Of a DNA stretch of 64,000 nt, positions 13,280-24,600 are shown one piece after another (within the stretch, counting starts at the first letter, position 1; every line of letters starts with the position of its first letter). Source of the DNA: Eledone cirrhosa (Eukaryota); assembly GCA_964016885.1 (NCBI GenBank), contig OZ024743.1, forward strand, positions 140,306,001-140,370,000. Direction: 5' to 3'. Made by a program: the position numbers and the translations under genes. The notes below the pieces were generated by a model, which was given only the letters and a program-made list of their open reading frames with translations, had not been told where the DNA came from and did not search any database.

Positions 13280-16200
13280 TGTTTGGTGCTTGGTGCCTGG
13301 TGCTTGTTGTTTGGTGATTGGTGCTTGGTGTTTGCTGTTTGGTGCTGCGTGCTTGGTGCTTGGTGCTTGGTGCTTGGTGCTTGGTGTTTTGTGTTTGGTG
13401 TTTGATGCTTGGTGCTTGATGCTTGGTGCTTGGTGCTTGGTGTTTGGTGCTTGGTGCTTGGTGTTTGTACTTGGTGTTTGGTGCTTGGTGTTTGGAGCTT
13501 GGTGCTTGGTGTTTGGTGCTTGGTGCTTGGTGTTTGGTGTTTGGTGCTTGGTGTTTGGTGCTTGGTGCTTGGTGCTTGGTGTTAGGTGTTTGGTGCTTCA
13601 TGCCTGGTGCTTGGTGTTTGGTGCTTGGTGCATGGTGTTTGGTGCTTGGTGCCTGGTGCGTGGTGTTTGTTGCTTGGTGCTTGGTGTTTGGTGTTTGGTG
13701 CTTGGTGTTTGGCGCTTGCTGCTTGCTGCTTGGTGTTTGGTGCTTGGTGATTGGTGCTTGGTGTTTGGTTCTTGGTGCTTGGTGTTTGGTGCTAGGTGCT
13801 TGGTGCTTGGTGCTTGGTGTTTGGTGTTTGGTGCTTGGTACTTGGGGCTTGGTGTTTGGTGCTTGGTGCTTCGTGTTTGGTGTTTGGTGCTTGGTGCTTG
13901 GTGTTTGGTGTTTGGTGCTTGGTGTTTGGTGCTTGGTGCTTGGTGCTTGGTGCTTGGTGTTTGGTGCTTGGTGTTTGGTGCTTGGTGTTTGGTGATTGGT
14001 GTTTGGTGTTTGGTGCTTGGTGCTTGGTGCTTGGTGTTTGGTGCTTGGTGCTTGGTGATTAGTGTTTGGTGCTTGGTGCTTGGGGTTTGGTGTTTGGTGC
14101 TTGGTGCTTGGTGCTTGGTGCTTGGTTCTTGGTGTTTGGTGCTTGGTGCTTGGTGCCTGGTGTTTGGTGCTTGGTGCTTGGTGCTTGGTGCATGGTGCTT
14201 GGTGTTTGGTGCTTGGTGTTTGGTGCTTGGTGTTAGGAGTTTGGTGCTTGGTGCTTGGTGTTTGGTGTTTGGTGCTTGGTATTTGGTGCTTGGTGCTTGG
14301 TGTTTGGTGTTTGGTGCTTGGTGTTTGGTGCTTGCTACGTGGTGCTTGGTGCTTGGTGTTAGGTGTTTGGTGCTTGGTGCGTGGTGTTTGGTTTTTGGTG
14401 CTTGGTGCTTGGTGTTTGGTGTTTGGTGCTTGCTGCTGGCTGCTTGGTGTTTGGTGCTTGGTGATTGGTGCTTGGTGTTTGGTGCTTGGTGTTTGGTGTT
14501 TGGTGCTAGGTGCTTGGTGCTTGGTGTTTGGTGATGATTGGTGCTTGGTGTTTGGTGTTTGGTGCTTGGTGCTTGGTGTTTGGTGCTTGGTGCTGGGTGG
14601 TTGGTGTTTGGTGCTTGGTGTTTGGTGCTGGGTGCTTGGTGTTTGGTGCTTGGTGCTTGGTCTTTGGTGCTTGGTGTTTGGTGTTTGGTGCTTGGTGCTT
14701 GGTGCTTGGTGTTTGGTGCTTGGTGCTTGGTGTTTGGTGCTTGGTGCTTAGTGTTTGGTGCTAGGTGCTTGGGGTTTGGTGTTTAGTGCTTGGTGCTTGG
14801 TGTTTGGTGCTTGGTGCTTGGTGCTTGGTCTTTGGTGTTTGGTGTTTAGTGCTTGGTGCTTGGTGTTTGGTGTTTGGTGCTTGGTGCTTGGTGCATTGTG
14901 ATTAGTGTTTGGTGCTTGGTGCTTGGGGTTTGGTGTTTGGTGCTTGGTGCTTGGTGTTTGGTGATTGGTACTTGGTGTTTGGTGCTTGGTGTTTGCTGTT
15001 TGCTGTTTGGTGTTTTTGGTGTTTGCTGTTTGCTGTTTGGTGTCTGCTTTTTGGTGTTTGGTGTTTGCTCTATGGTGTTTGCTGTTTCATGTTTGGTGTT
15101 TGCTGTTTGGTGTTTGGTTTTTGCTGTTTGGTGTTTGGTCTTTGGTGCTTGGTCTTTGATGCTTGGTGTTTGGTGCTTGGTGCTTGGTGTTTGGTGTTTG
15201 GTGCTTGGTGACTGGTGCTTGTTGTTTGGTGATTGGTGCTTGGTGTTTGCTGTTTGGTGTTTGGTGTTTGGTGTTTGCTGTTTGGTGTTTGGTGCTTGGT
15301 GCTTGGTGCTTGTTGTTTGGTGCTTGGTGCTTGGTGTTTGGTGCTTGGTGCTTGGTGTTTGGTGCTTGGTGCCTGGTGCTTGTTGTTTGGTGATTGGTGC
15401 TTGGTGTTTGCTGTTTGGTGTTTGGTGTTTGCTGTTTGCTGTTTGGTGTTTGGTGCTGGGTGCTTGGTGTTTGGTGTTTGATGCTTGGTGTTTGATGCTT
15501 GGTGCTTGGTGCTTGGTGTTTGGTGTTTGGTGTTTGCTGTTTGGTGTTTGGTGCTTGGTGCTTGGTGCTTGGTGTTTGGTGCTTGGTGCTTGGTGTTTGG
15601 TGCTTGGTGCTTGATGGTTGGTGTTTGTACTTGGTGCTTGGTGCTTGGTGTTTTGTGCTTGATTCTTGGTGTTTTGTGCTTGGTGTTTGCTGCTTAGTGC
15701 TTGATGTTTGGTGTTTGGTGCTTGGTGTTTGGTGCTTGGTGCTTGGTGCTTGGTGTTAAGTGTTTGGTGCTTGGTGTTTGATGTTTGGTGCTTCATGCTT
15801 GGTGCTTGGTGTTTGGTGCTTTGTGCCTGGTGCATGGTGTTTGGTGCTTGATGCTTGGTGTTTGGTGTTTGGTGCTTGGTGTTTGGTGCTTGGTGCTTGG
15901 TGCTTGGTGTTAGGTGTTAGGTGTTTGATGCTTGGTGCTTGGTGTTTGGTGTTTGGTGTTTGGTGTTTGCTGTTTGGTGTTTGGTCTTTGGTGCTTGGTC
16001 TTTGGTGCATGGTGTTTGGTGCTTGGTGCTTGGTGTTTGGTGCTTGGTGCCTGGTGCTTGTTGTTTGGTGATTGGTGCTTGGTGTTTCCTGTTTGGTGTT
16101 TGGTGTTTGGTGTTTGCTGTTTTGTGTTTGGTGCTTGGTGCTTGGTGCTTGGTGTTTGGTGCTTGGTGCTTGGTGTTTGGTGCTTGGTGCTTGATGATTG

Positions 16201-18900
16201 GTGTTTGTACTTGGTGCTTGGTGCATGGTGTTATGTGCTTGATTCTTGGTGTTTGGTGCTTGGTGTTTGGTGCTTAGTGCTTGGTGTTTGGTGTTTGGTG
16301 CTTGGTGTTTGGTGCTTGGTGCTTGGTGCTTGGTGTTTGGTGTTTGGTGCTTCATGCTTGGTGCTTGGTGTTTGGTGCTTGGTGCTTGGTGTTTGGTGCT
16401 TGGTGCCTGGTGCATGGTGTTTGGTGCTTGATGCTTGGTGTTTGGTGTTTGGTGCTTGGTGTTTGGTGCTTGGTGCTTGGTGCTTGGTGTTAGGTGTTAG
16501 GTGTTTGGTGATTGGTGCTTGGTGTTTGGTGCTTGGTTCTTGATGTTTGGTGCTTGGTGCTTGGTGTTTGGTGCTTGGTGTTTGGTGCTTGGTACTTGGG
16601 GCTTGGTGTTTGGTGCTTGGTGCTTGGTGCTTGGTGTTTGGTGCTTGGTGCTTGGTGTTTGGTGTTTGGTGCTTGGTGTTTGGTGCTTGGTGCTTGGTGC
16701 TGGGTGGTTGGTGTTTGGTGCTTGGTGCTTGGTGTTTGGTGCTTGGTCCTTGGTGCTTGGTGTTTGGTGCTTGGCGCTTGGTGCTTGGTCTTTGGTGCTT
16801 GGTGTTTGGTCTTTGGTGCTTGGTGCTTGGTGTTTGGTGCTTGGTGATTAGTGTTTGGTGCCTGGTGCTTGGGGTTTGGTGTTTGGTGCTTGGTGCTTGG
16901 TGTTTGGTGCTTGGTGCTTGGTGTTTGGTGCTTGGTGTTTGGTTTTTGCTGTTTGGTGTTTGGTGTTTGCTGTTTGCTGTTTGGTGTCTGCTTTTTGGTG
17001 TTTGGTGTTTGCTGTATCGTGTTTGCTGTTTCGTGTTTATTGTTTGCTGTTTGGTGTTTGTTGTTTGGTGTTTGGTGTTTCCTGTTTGGTGTTTAGTCTT
17101 TGGTGTTTGGTGTTTGGTGCTTGGTGCTTGGTGTTTGGTGTTTGGTGCTTGGGGCTTGGTGTTTGGTGCTGCGTGCTTGGTGCTTGGTGCTTGGTGCTTG
17201 GTGCTTGGTGTTTGGTGTTTGATGATTGGTGTTTGGTGTTTGGTGTTTGGTGCTTGGTGCTTGGTGTTTGGTGTTTGATGCTTGCTGCTTGATGCTTGGT
17301 GCTTGGTGCTTGGTGTTTGGTGCTTGGTGCTTGGTGTTTGGTGCTTGGTACTTGGTGTTTGGTGCTTGGTGTTTGGTGTTTGGTGCTTGGTACTTGGGGC
17401 TTGGTGTTTGGTGCTTGGTGCTTCGTGCTTGGTGTTTGGTGCTTGGTGCCTGGTGCTTGTTGTTTGGTGATTGGTGCTTGGTGTTTGCTGTTTGGTGCTG
17501 CGTGCTTGGTGCTTGGTTCTTGGTGCTTGGTGCTTGGTGTTTTGTGTTTGGTGTTTGATGTTGGTGTTTGGTGTTTGGTGCTTGATGCTTGGTGTTTGGT
17601 GTTTGATGCTTGGTGCTTGATGCTTGGTGCTTGGTGCTTGGTGTTTGGTGCTTGGTGCTTGGTGTTTGTACTTGGTGTTTGGTGCTTGGTGTTTGGTGCT
17701 TGGTGCTTGGTGTTTGGTGCTTGGTGCTTGGTGTTTGGTGTTTGGTGCTTGGTGTTTGGTGCTTGGTGCTTGGTGCTTGGTGTTAGGTGTTTGGTGCTTC
17801 ATACCTGGTGCTTGGTGTTTGGTGATTGGTGCTTGGTGTTTGGTGTTTGGTGCTTCATGCTTGGTGCTTGGTGTTTGGTGCTTGGTGCTTGGTGTTTGGT
17901 GCTTGGTGCCTGGTGCATGGTGTTTGGTGCTTGATGCTTGGTGTTTGGTGTTTGGTGCTTGGTGTTTGGTGCTTGGTGCTTGGTGCTTGGTGTTAGGTGT
18001 TAGGTGTTTGATGCTTGGAGTTTGCTGTTTGGTGTTTGGTGTTTGCTGTTTGGTGTTTGGTTTTTGGTGCTTGGTCTTTGGTGCTTGGTGTTTGGTGCTT
18101 GGTGCTTGGTGTTTGGTGCTTGGTGCCTGGTGCTTGTTGTCTGGTGATTGGTGCTTGGTGTTTCCTGTTTGGTGTTTGGTGTTTGGTGTTTGCTGTTTTG
18201 TGTTTAGTGCTTGGTGCTTGGTGCTTGGTGTTTGGTGCTTGGTGCTTGGTGTTTGGTGCATGGTGCTTGATGCTTGGTGTTTGTACTTGGTGCTTGGTGC
18301 ATGGTGTTTTGTGCTTGATTCTTGGTGTTTGGTGCTTGGTGTTCGGTGCTTAGTGCTTGGTGTTTGGTGTTTGGTGCTTGGTGTTTGGTGCTTGGTGCTT
18401 GGTGCTTGGTGTTTGGTGTTTGGTGCTTCATGCTTGGTGCTTGGTGTTTGGTGCTTGGTGCTTGGTGTTTGGTGCTTGGTGCCTGGTGCATGGTGTTTGG
18501 TGCTTGATGCTTGGTGTTTGGTGTTTGGTGCTTGGTGTTTGGTGCTTGGTGCTTGGTGCTTGGTGTTAGGTGTTAGGTGTTTGGTGATTGGTGCTTGGTG
18601 TTTGGTGCTTGGTGCTTGATGTTTGGTGCTTGGTGCTTGGTGTTTGGTGCTTGGTACTTGGGGCTTGATGTTTGGTGCTTGGTGCTTGGTGTTTGGTGCT
18701 TGGTGATTAGTGTTTGGTGCTTGGTGCTTGGGGTTTGGTGTTTGGTGCTTGGTGCTTGGTGTTTGGTGCTTGGTGTTTGGTTTTTACTGTTTGGTGTTTG
18801 GTGTTTGCTGTTTGCTGTTTGCTGTTTGGTGTCTGCTTTTTGGTGTTTGGTGTTTGCTGTATCGTGTTTGCTGTTTCGTGTTTATTGTTTGCTGTTTGGT
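13280..18900 (+). repeat. Diverged second copy of the block at about 0.4-6.5 kb (offset about 12.5-12.85 kb)
   Basis: ORF-track pairs 1064/13796, 2059/14853, 2313/15163, 3665/16501, 4390/17226 and 5348/18015. Shared rare markers include CTACGT, TGATGA, ATTGTGA and TAAGTGT. Confidence 0.85.
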
Positions 18901-21699
18901 GTTTGGTGTTTGGTGTTTGGTGTTTCCTGTTTGGTGTTTAGTCTTTGGTGATTGGTGCTTGGTGCTTGGTGTTTGGTGTTTGGTGCTTGGTGCTTGGTGT
19001 TTGGTGCTTGGTACTTGTTGTTTGGTGATTGGTGCTTGGTGCTTGGTGTTTGCTGTTTGGTGCTTGGGGCTTGGTGTTTGGTGCTGCGTGCTTGGTGCTT
19101 GGTGCTTGGTGCTTGGTGCTTGGTGTTTGGTGTTTGATGATTGGTGTTTGGTGTTTGGTGTTTGGTGCTTGGTGCTTGGTGTTTGGTGTTTGATGCTTGC
19201 TGCTTGATGCTTGGTGCTTGGTGCTTGGTGTTTGGTGCTTGGTGCTTGGTGTTTGGTGCTTGGTACTTGGTGTTTGGTGCTTGGTGTTTGCTGTTTGCTG
19301 TTTGGTGTTTGGTGTTTGTTGTTTGCTGTTTGGTGTCTGCTTTTTGGTGTTTGTTGTTTGCTCTATGGTGTTTGCTGTTTCATGTTTGGTGTTTGCTGTT
19401 TGGTGTTTGGTGTTTGCTGTTTGGTGTTTGGTGCTTGGTGTTTGGTGCTTGGTGTTTGGTGCTAGGTGCTTCATGCTTGGTGCTTGGTGTTTGGTGTTTG
19501 GTGCTTGGTACTTGGGGCTTGGTGTTTGGTGCTTGGTGCTTCGTGCTTGGTGTTTGGTGCTTGGTGCTTGGTGTTTGGTGTTTGGTGCTCGGTGCCTGGT
19601 GCTTGTTGTTTGGTGATTGGTGCTTGGTGTTTGCTGTTTGGTGCTGCGTGCTTGGTGCTTGGTGCTGGTGCTTGGTGCTTGGTGTTTTGTGTTTGGTGTT
19701 TGATGCTTGGTGTTTGGTGTTTGGTGCTTGGTTCTTGGTGTTTGGTGTTTGATGCTTGGTGCTTGATGCTTGGTGCTTGGTGCTTGGTGTTTGGTGCTTG
19801 GTGCTTGGTGTTTGTACTTGGTGTTTGGTGCTTGGTGTTTGGTGCTTGGTGCTTGGTGTTTGGTGCTTGGTGCTTGGTGCTTGGTGTTTGGTGTTTGGTG
19901 CTTGGTGTTTGGTGCTTGGTGCTTGGTGCTTGGTGTTAGGTGTTTGGTGCTTCATGTCTGGTGCTTGGTGTTTGGTGCTTGGTGCTTGGTGTTTGGTGCT
20001 TGGTGCCTGGTGCATGGTGTTTGTTGCTTGGTGCTTGGTGTTTGGTGTTTGGTGCTTGGTGTTTGGTGCTTGGTGCTTGGTGTTTGGTGTTTGGTGTTTG
20101 GTGCTTGCTGCTTGCTGCTTGGTGTTTGGTGCTTGGTGATTGGTGCTTGGTGTTTGGTGCTTGGTGCTTGGTGTTTGGTGCTAGGTGCTTGGTGCTTGGT
20201 GCTTGGTGTTTGGTGTTTCGTGCTTGGTACTTGGGGCTTTGTATTTGGTGCTTGGTGCTTCGTGTTTGGTGTTTGGTGCTTGGTGCTTGGTGTTTGGTGC
20301 TTGGTGTTTGGTGCTTGGTGCTTGGTGCTGTGTGGTTGGCGTTTGGTGCTTGGTGCTTGGTGTTTGGTGCTTGGTGCTTGGTGCTTGGTGTTTGGTGCTT
20401 GGTGCTTGGTGATTAGTGTTTGGTGCTTGGTGCTTGGGGTTTGGTGTTTGGTCCTTGGTGCTTGGTGTTCGGTGCTTGGTGCTTGGTGTTTGGTGCTTGG
20501 TGTTTGGTGTTTGCTGTTTGGTGTTTGGTGTTTGGTGTTTGCTGTTTGCTGTTTGCTGTTTGCTGTCTGCTTTTTGGTGTTTGTTGTTTGATGTATGGTG
20601 TTTGCTGTTTCGTGTTTATTGTTTGCTGTTTGGTGTTTGGTGTTTGGTGTTTGGTGTTTCCTGTTTGGTCTTTAGTCTTTGGTGCTTCGTGTTCGGTGCT
20701 TGGTGCTTGGTATTTGGTGTTTGGTGTTTGGTGCTTGGTGCTTGGTGTTTGGTGCTTGGTGCTTGGTGTTTGGTGTTTGGTGCTTGGTGCTTGGTGTTTG
20801 GTGTTTGCTGTTTGCTGTTTGGTGTTTGTTGTTTGGTGTTTGTTGTTTGGTGTTTTCTGTTTGGTGTTTGGTGTTTGCTGTTTCGTGTCTGCTTTTTGGT
20901 GTTTGGTGTTTGCTGTATGTTGTTTGCTGTTTGCTGTTTGGTGTTTGGTGTTTGGTGTTTGGTGCTTGGTGCTTGGTGTTTGGTGCTTGGTGCTTGGTGT
21001 TTGGTGCCTGGTGCTTGGTGCTTGGTGCTTGGTGTTTGGTGTTTGGTGCTTGGTGCTTGGTGCTTGGTGTTTTGTGTTTGGTGTTTGGTTTTTGGTGCTT
21101 GGTCCTTGGTGTTTGGTGCTGGGTGCTTTGTGTTTGGTACTTGGTGCTTGGTGTTTGGTGTTTGCTGCTTGGTGTTTGATGCTTGGTGCTTGGTGCTTGG
21201 TGTTTTGTGTTTGGTGCTTGGTGCTTGGTGTTTGGTGCTTGGTGCTTGGTGTTTGGTGCCTGGTGCTTGGTGCTTGGTGCTTGGTCCTTGGTGTTTGGTG
21301 CTGGGTGCTTGGTGTTTGATGCTTGGTGCTTGGTGTTTGGTGCTTGGTGCTTGGTGTTTGGTGCTGGGTGCTTGGTGTTTGATGCTTGGTGTTGGTGTTT
21401 GGTGCTTGGTGCTTGGTGTTTGGTGCTGGGTGCTTGGTGTTTGGTGCTTGGTGCTTGGTCTTTGGTGCTTGGTGTTTGGTTTTTGGTGCTTGGTGCTTGG
21501 TGTTTGGTGCTTGGTGCTTGGTGTTTAGTGCTTGGTGCTTGGTGTTTGGTGCTTGGTGCTTGGTGTTTGGTGCTTGGTGTTTGGTGTTTGCTGTTTGCTG
21601 TTTGGTGTTTGTTGTTTGGTGTTTGTTGTTTGGTGTTTGCTGTTTGGTGTTTCGTGTTTGCTGTTTCGTGTCTGCTTTTTGGTGTTTGGTGTTTGCTGT

Positions 21700-24600
21700 A
21701 TGTTGTTTGCTGTTTGGTGTTTGGTGTTTGGTGTTTGGTGCTTGGTGCTTGGTGTTTGGTGCTTGGTGCTTGGTGTTTGGTGCCTGGTGCTTGGTGCTTG
21801 GTGTTTGGTGTTTGGTGTTTGGTGCTTGGTGCTTGGTGCTTGGTGTTTTGTGTTTGGTGTTTGGGTTTTGGTGCTTTGTGTTTGGTTCTTGGTTCTTGGT
21901 GTTTGGTGTTTGGTATTTGGTGTTTGGTGCTTGTTGCTTGGTGTTTTGTGCTTGGTGCTTGGTGTTTGGTGCCTGGTGCTTGGTGCTTGGTGCTTGGTGT
22001 TTGGTGTTTGGTGCTTGGTGCTTGTTGTTTTGGGTTTGGTGTTTGGTTTTTGGTGCTTGGTGCTTGGTGCTTGGTCCTTGGTGTTTGGTGCTGGGTGCTT
22101 TGTGTTTGGTGCTTGGTGCTTGGTGATTGGTGTTTGCTGCTTGGTGTTTGATGCTTGGTGCTTGGTGCTTGGTGTTTTGGGTTTGGTGCTTGGTGTTTGG
22201 TGCTTGGTGCTTGGTGTTTGTACTTGGTGCTTGGTGCTTGGTGCTTGGTGTTTGGTGTTTGGTGCTTGGTGTTTGGTGCTTGGTGCTTGGTGCTTGGTGT
22301 TAGGTGTTTAGTGCTTGGTGCTTGGTGTTTGGTGCTTGGTGTTTGCTGTTTGCTGTTTGGTGTTTGGTGTTTGGTGTTTGGTGTTTGCTGTTTGGTGTCT
22401 GCTTTTTGGTGTTTACTGTTTGCTGTATGGTGTTTGCTGTTTCGTGTTTGGTGTTTGTTGTTTGGTGTTTGGTCTTTGGTGCTTGGTGCTTGGTGCTTGG
22501 TGCCTGGTGTTTGGTGTTTGGTGCTTGGTGCTTGGTGTTTGGTGTTTGTTGTTTGGTGCTTGGTGTCTGGTGCTTGGTGTTTGGTGTTTGGTGCTTGGTG
22601 TTTGGTGTTCCGTGTTTGGTGCTTGGTGCTTGGGGTTTGGTGTTCGGTGTTTGGTGCTTGGTGCTTGGTGTTTGGTGTTTGGTGCTTGGTGTTTGGTGTT
22701 TGGTGCTTTTTGCTTGGTGCTTGGTGCTTGGTGTTTGGTGCTTGGTGCTTGGTGTTTGGTGCTGGGTGCTTGGTGCTTGGTGTTTGACTGTTTGGGGCTT
22801 GGTGCTTGGTGTTTGGTGTTTGGTGTTATATGCTTGGTGTTTGATGCTTGGTGCTTGGTGCTTGGTGTTTGGTGTTTGGTGTTTGATGCTTGGTGCTTGG
22901 TGCTTGGTGTTTGGTCTTTGGTGCTTGGTGTTTGTACTTGGTGCTTGGTGCTTGGTGCTTGGTGTTTGGTGCTTGGTGTTTGGTGCTTGGTGCTTGGTGC
23001 TTGGTGCTTGGTGTTTGGTGGTTGGTGTTTGGTGCTTGGTGTTAGGTGTTTGGTGCTTGGTGTTTGGTGTTTGGTGCTTGGTGTTTGGTGCTTGGTACTT
23101 GGTGCTTGGTGCTTGGTGTTAGGTGTTTGGTGCTTGGTGCTTGGTGCTTGGTGTTTGGTGCTTGGTGCTTGGTGCTTGGTGTTTGGTGGTTGGTGTTTGG
23201 TGCTTGGTGTTAGGTGTTTGGTGCTTGATGCTTGGTGTTTGGTGCTTTTTGCTTGGTGCTTGGTGCTTGGTGTTTGATGCTTGGTGTTTGGTGGTTGGTG
23301 TTTGGTGCTTGGTGTTAGGTGTTTGGTGCTTGATGCTTGGTGTTTGGTGCTTTTTGCTTGGTGCTTGATGCTTGGTGTTTGGTGCTGGGTGCTTGGTGCT
23401 TGGTGTTTGGTGTTTGGTGATTGGTGCTTGGTGTTTGGTGTTTGGTGTTATATGCTTGGTGTTTGATGCTTGGTTCTTGGTGCTTGGTGTTTGGTACTTG
23501 GTGATTGATGCTTGGTGCTTGGTGCTTGGTGTTTGGTGCTTGGTGCTTGGTGTTTGGTGCTTGGTGCTTGGTGTTTGGTGCTTGGTGTTTGGTGCTTGGT
23601 GTTTGGTGATTGGTGCTTGGTGCTTGGTGCTTGGTGCTTGGTGTTTGGTGGTTGGTGCTTGGTGCTTGGTGTTAGGTGTTTGGTGCTTGGTGCTTGGTGT
23701 TTGGTGTTTGGTGCTTGGTGTTTGGTGTTTGGTGCTTGGTGTTTGGTGCTTGGTACTTGGTGCTTGGTGCTTGGTGTTAGGTGTTTGGTGCTTGGTGCTT
23801 GGTGATTAGTGTTTGGTGCTTGGTGCTTGTGGTTTGGTGTTTGGTCCTTGGTGCTTGGTGTTTGGTGCTTGGTGCTTGGTGTTTGGTGCTTGGTGTTTGG
23901 TGTTTGCTGTTTGGTGTTTGGTGTTTGGTGTTTGCTGTTTGCTGTTTGCTGTTTGGTGTCTGCTTTTTGGTGTTTGTTGTTTGATGTATGGTGTTTGCTG
24001 TTTCGTGTTTATTGTTTGCTGTTTGGTGTTTGGTGTTTGGTGTTTGGTGTTTCCTGTTTGGTCTTTAGTCTTTGGTGCTTCGTGTTCGGTGCTTGGTGCT
24101 TGGTATTTGGTGTTTGGTGTTTGGTGCTTGGTGCTTGGTGTTTGGTGCTTGGTGCTTGGTGTTTGGTGTTTGGTGCTTGGTGCTTGGTGTTTGGTGTTTG
24201 CTGTTTGCTGTTTGGTGTTTGTTGTTTGGTGTTTGCTGTTTGGTGTTTGGTGTTTGCTGTTTGCTGTTTGGTGTCTGCTTTTTGGTGTTTGTTGTTTGCT
24301 CTATGGTGTTTGCTGTTTCATGTTTGGTGTTTGCTGTTTGGTATTTGGTGTTTGCTGTTTGGTGTTTGGTGCTTGGTGTTTGGTGCTTGGTGCTTGTTGT
24401 TTGGTGATTGGTGCTTGGTGCTTGGTGTTTGCTGTTTGGTGCTTGGGGCTTGGTATTTGGTGCTGCGTGCTTGGTGCTTGGTGCTTGGTGCTTGGTGTTT
24501 GGTGTTTGATGATTGGCGTTTGGTGTTTGGTGTTTGGTGCTTGGTGCTTGGTGTTTGGTGTGTGATGCTTGCTGCTTGATGCTTGGTGCTTGGTGCTTGG

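Noticed and set aside
16231-18261. Long - strand ORFs of KHQAPST/KHQTPNT heptads (676 aa; also 29536..31188 and 4257..5594), superficially mucin-like or Pol II CTD-like
   Set aside because: Same artefact. There is no non-repetitive domain, signal peptide or codon-position bias, and homologous copies do not preserve ORF limits.
22827-22833. TATATG as a TATA-like promoter element
   Set aside because: It is an in-register variant monomer copied with the duplications, with no downstream gene.
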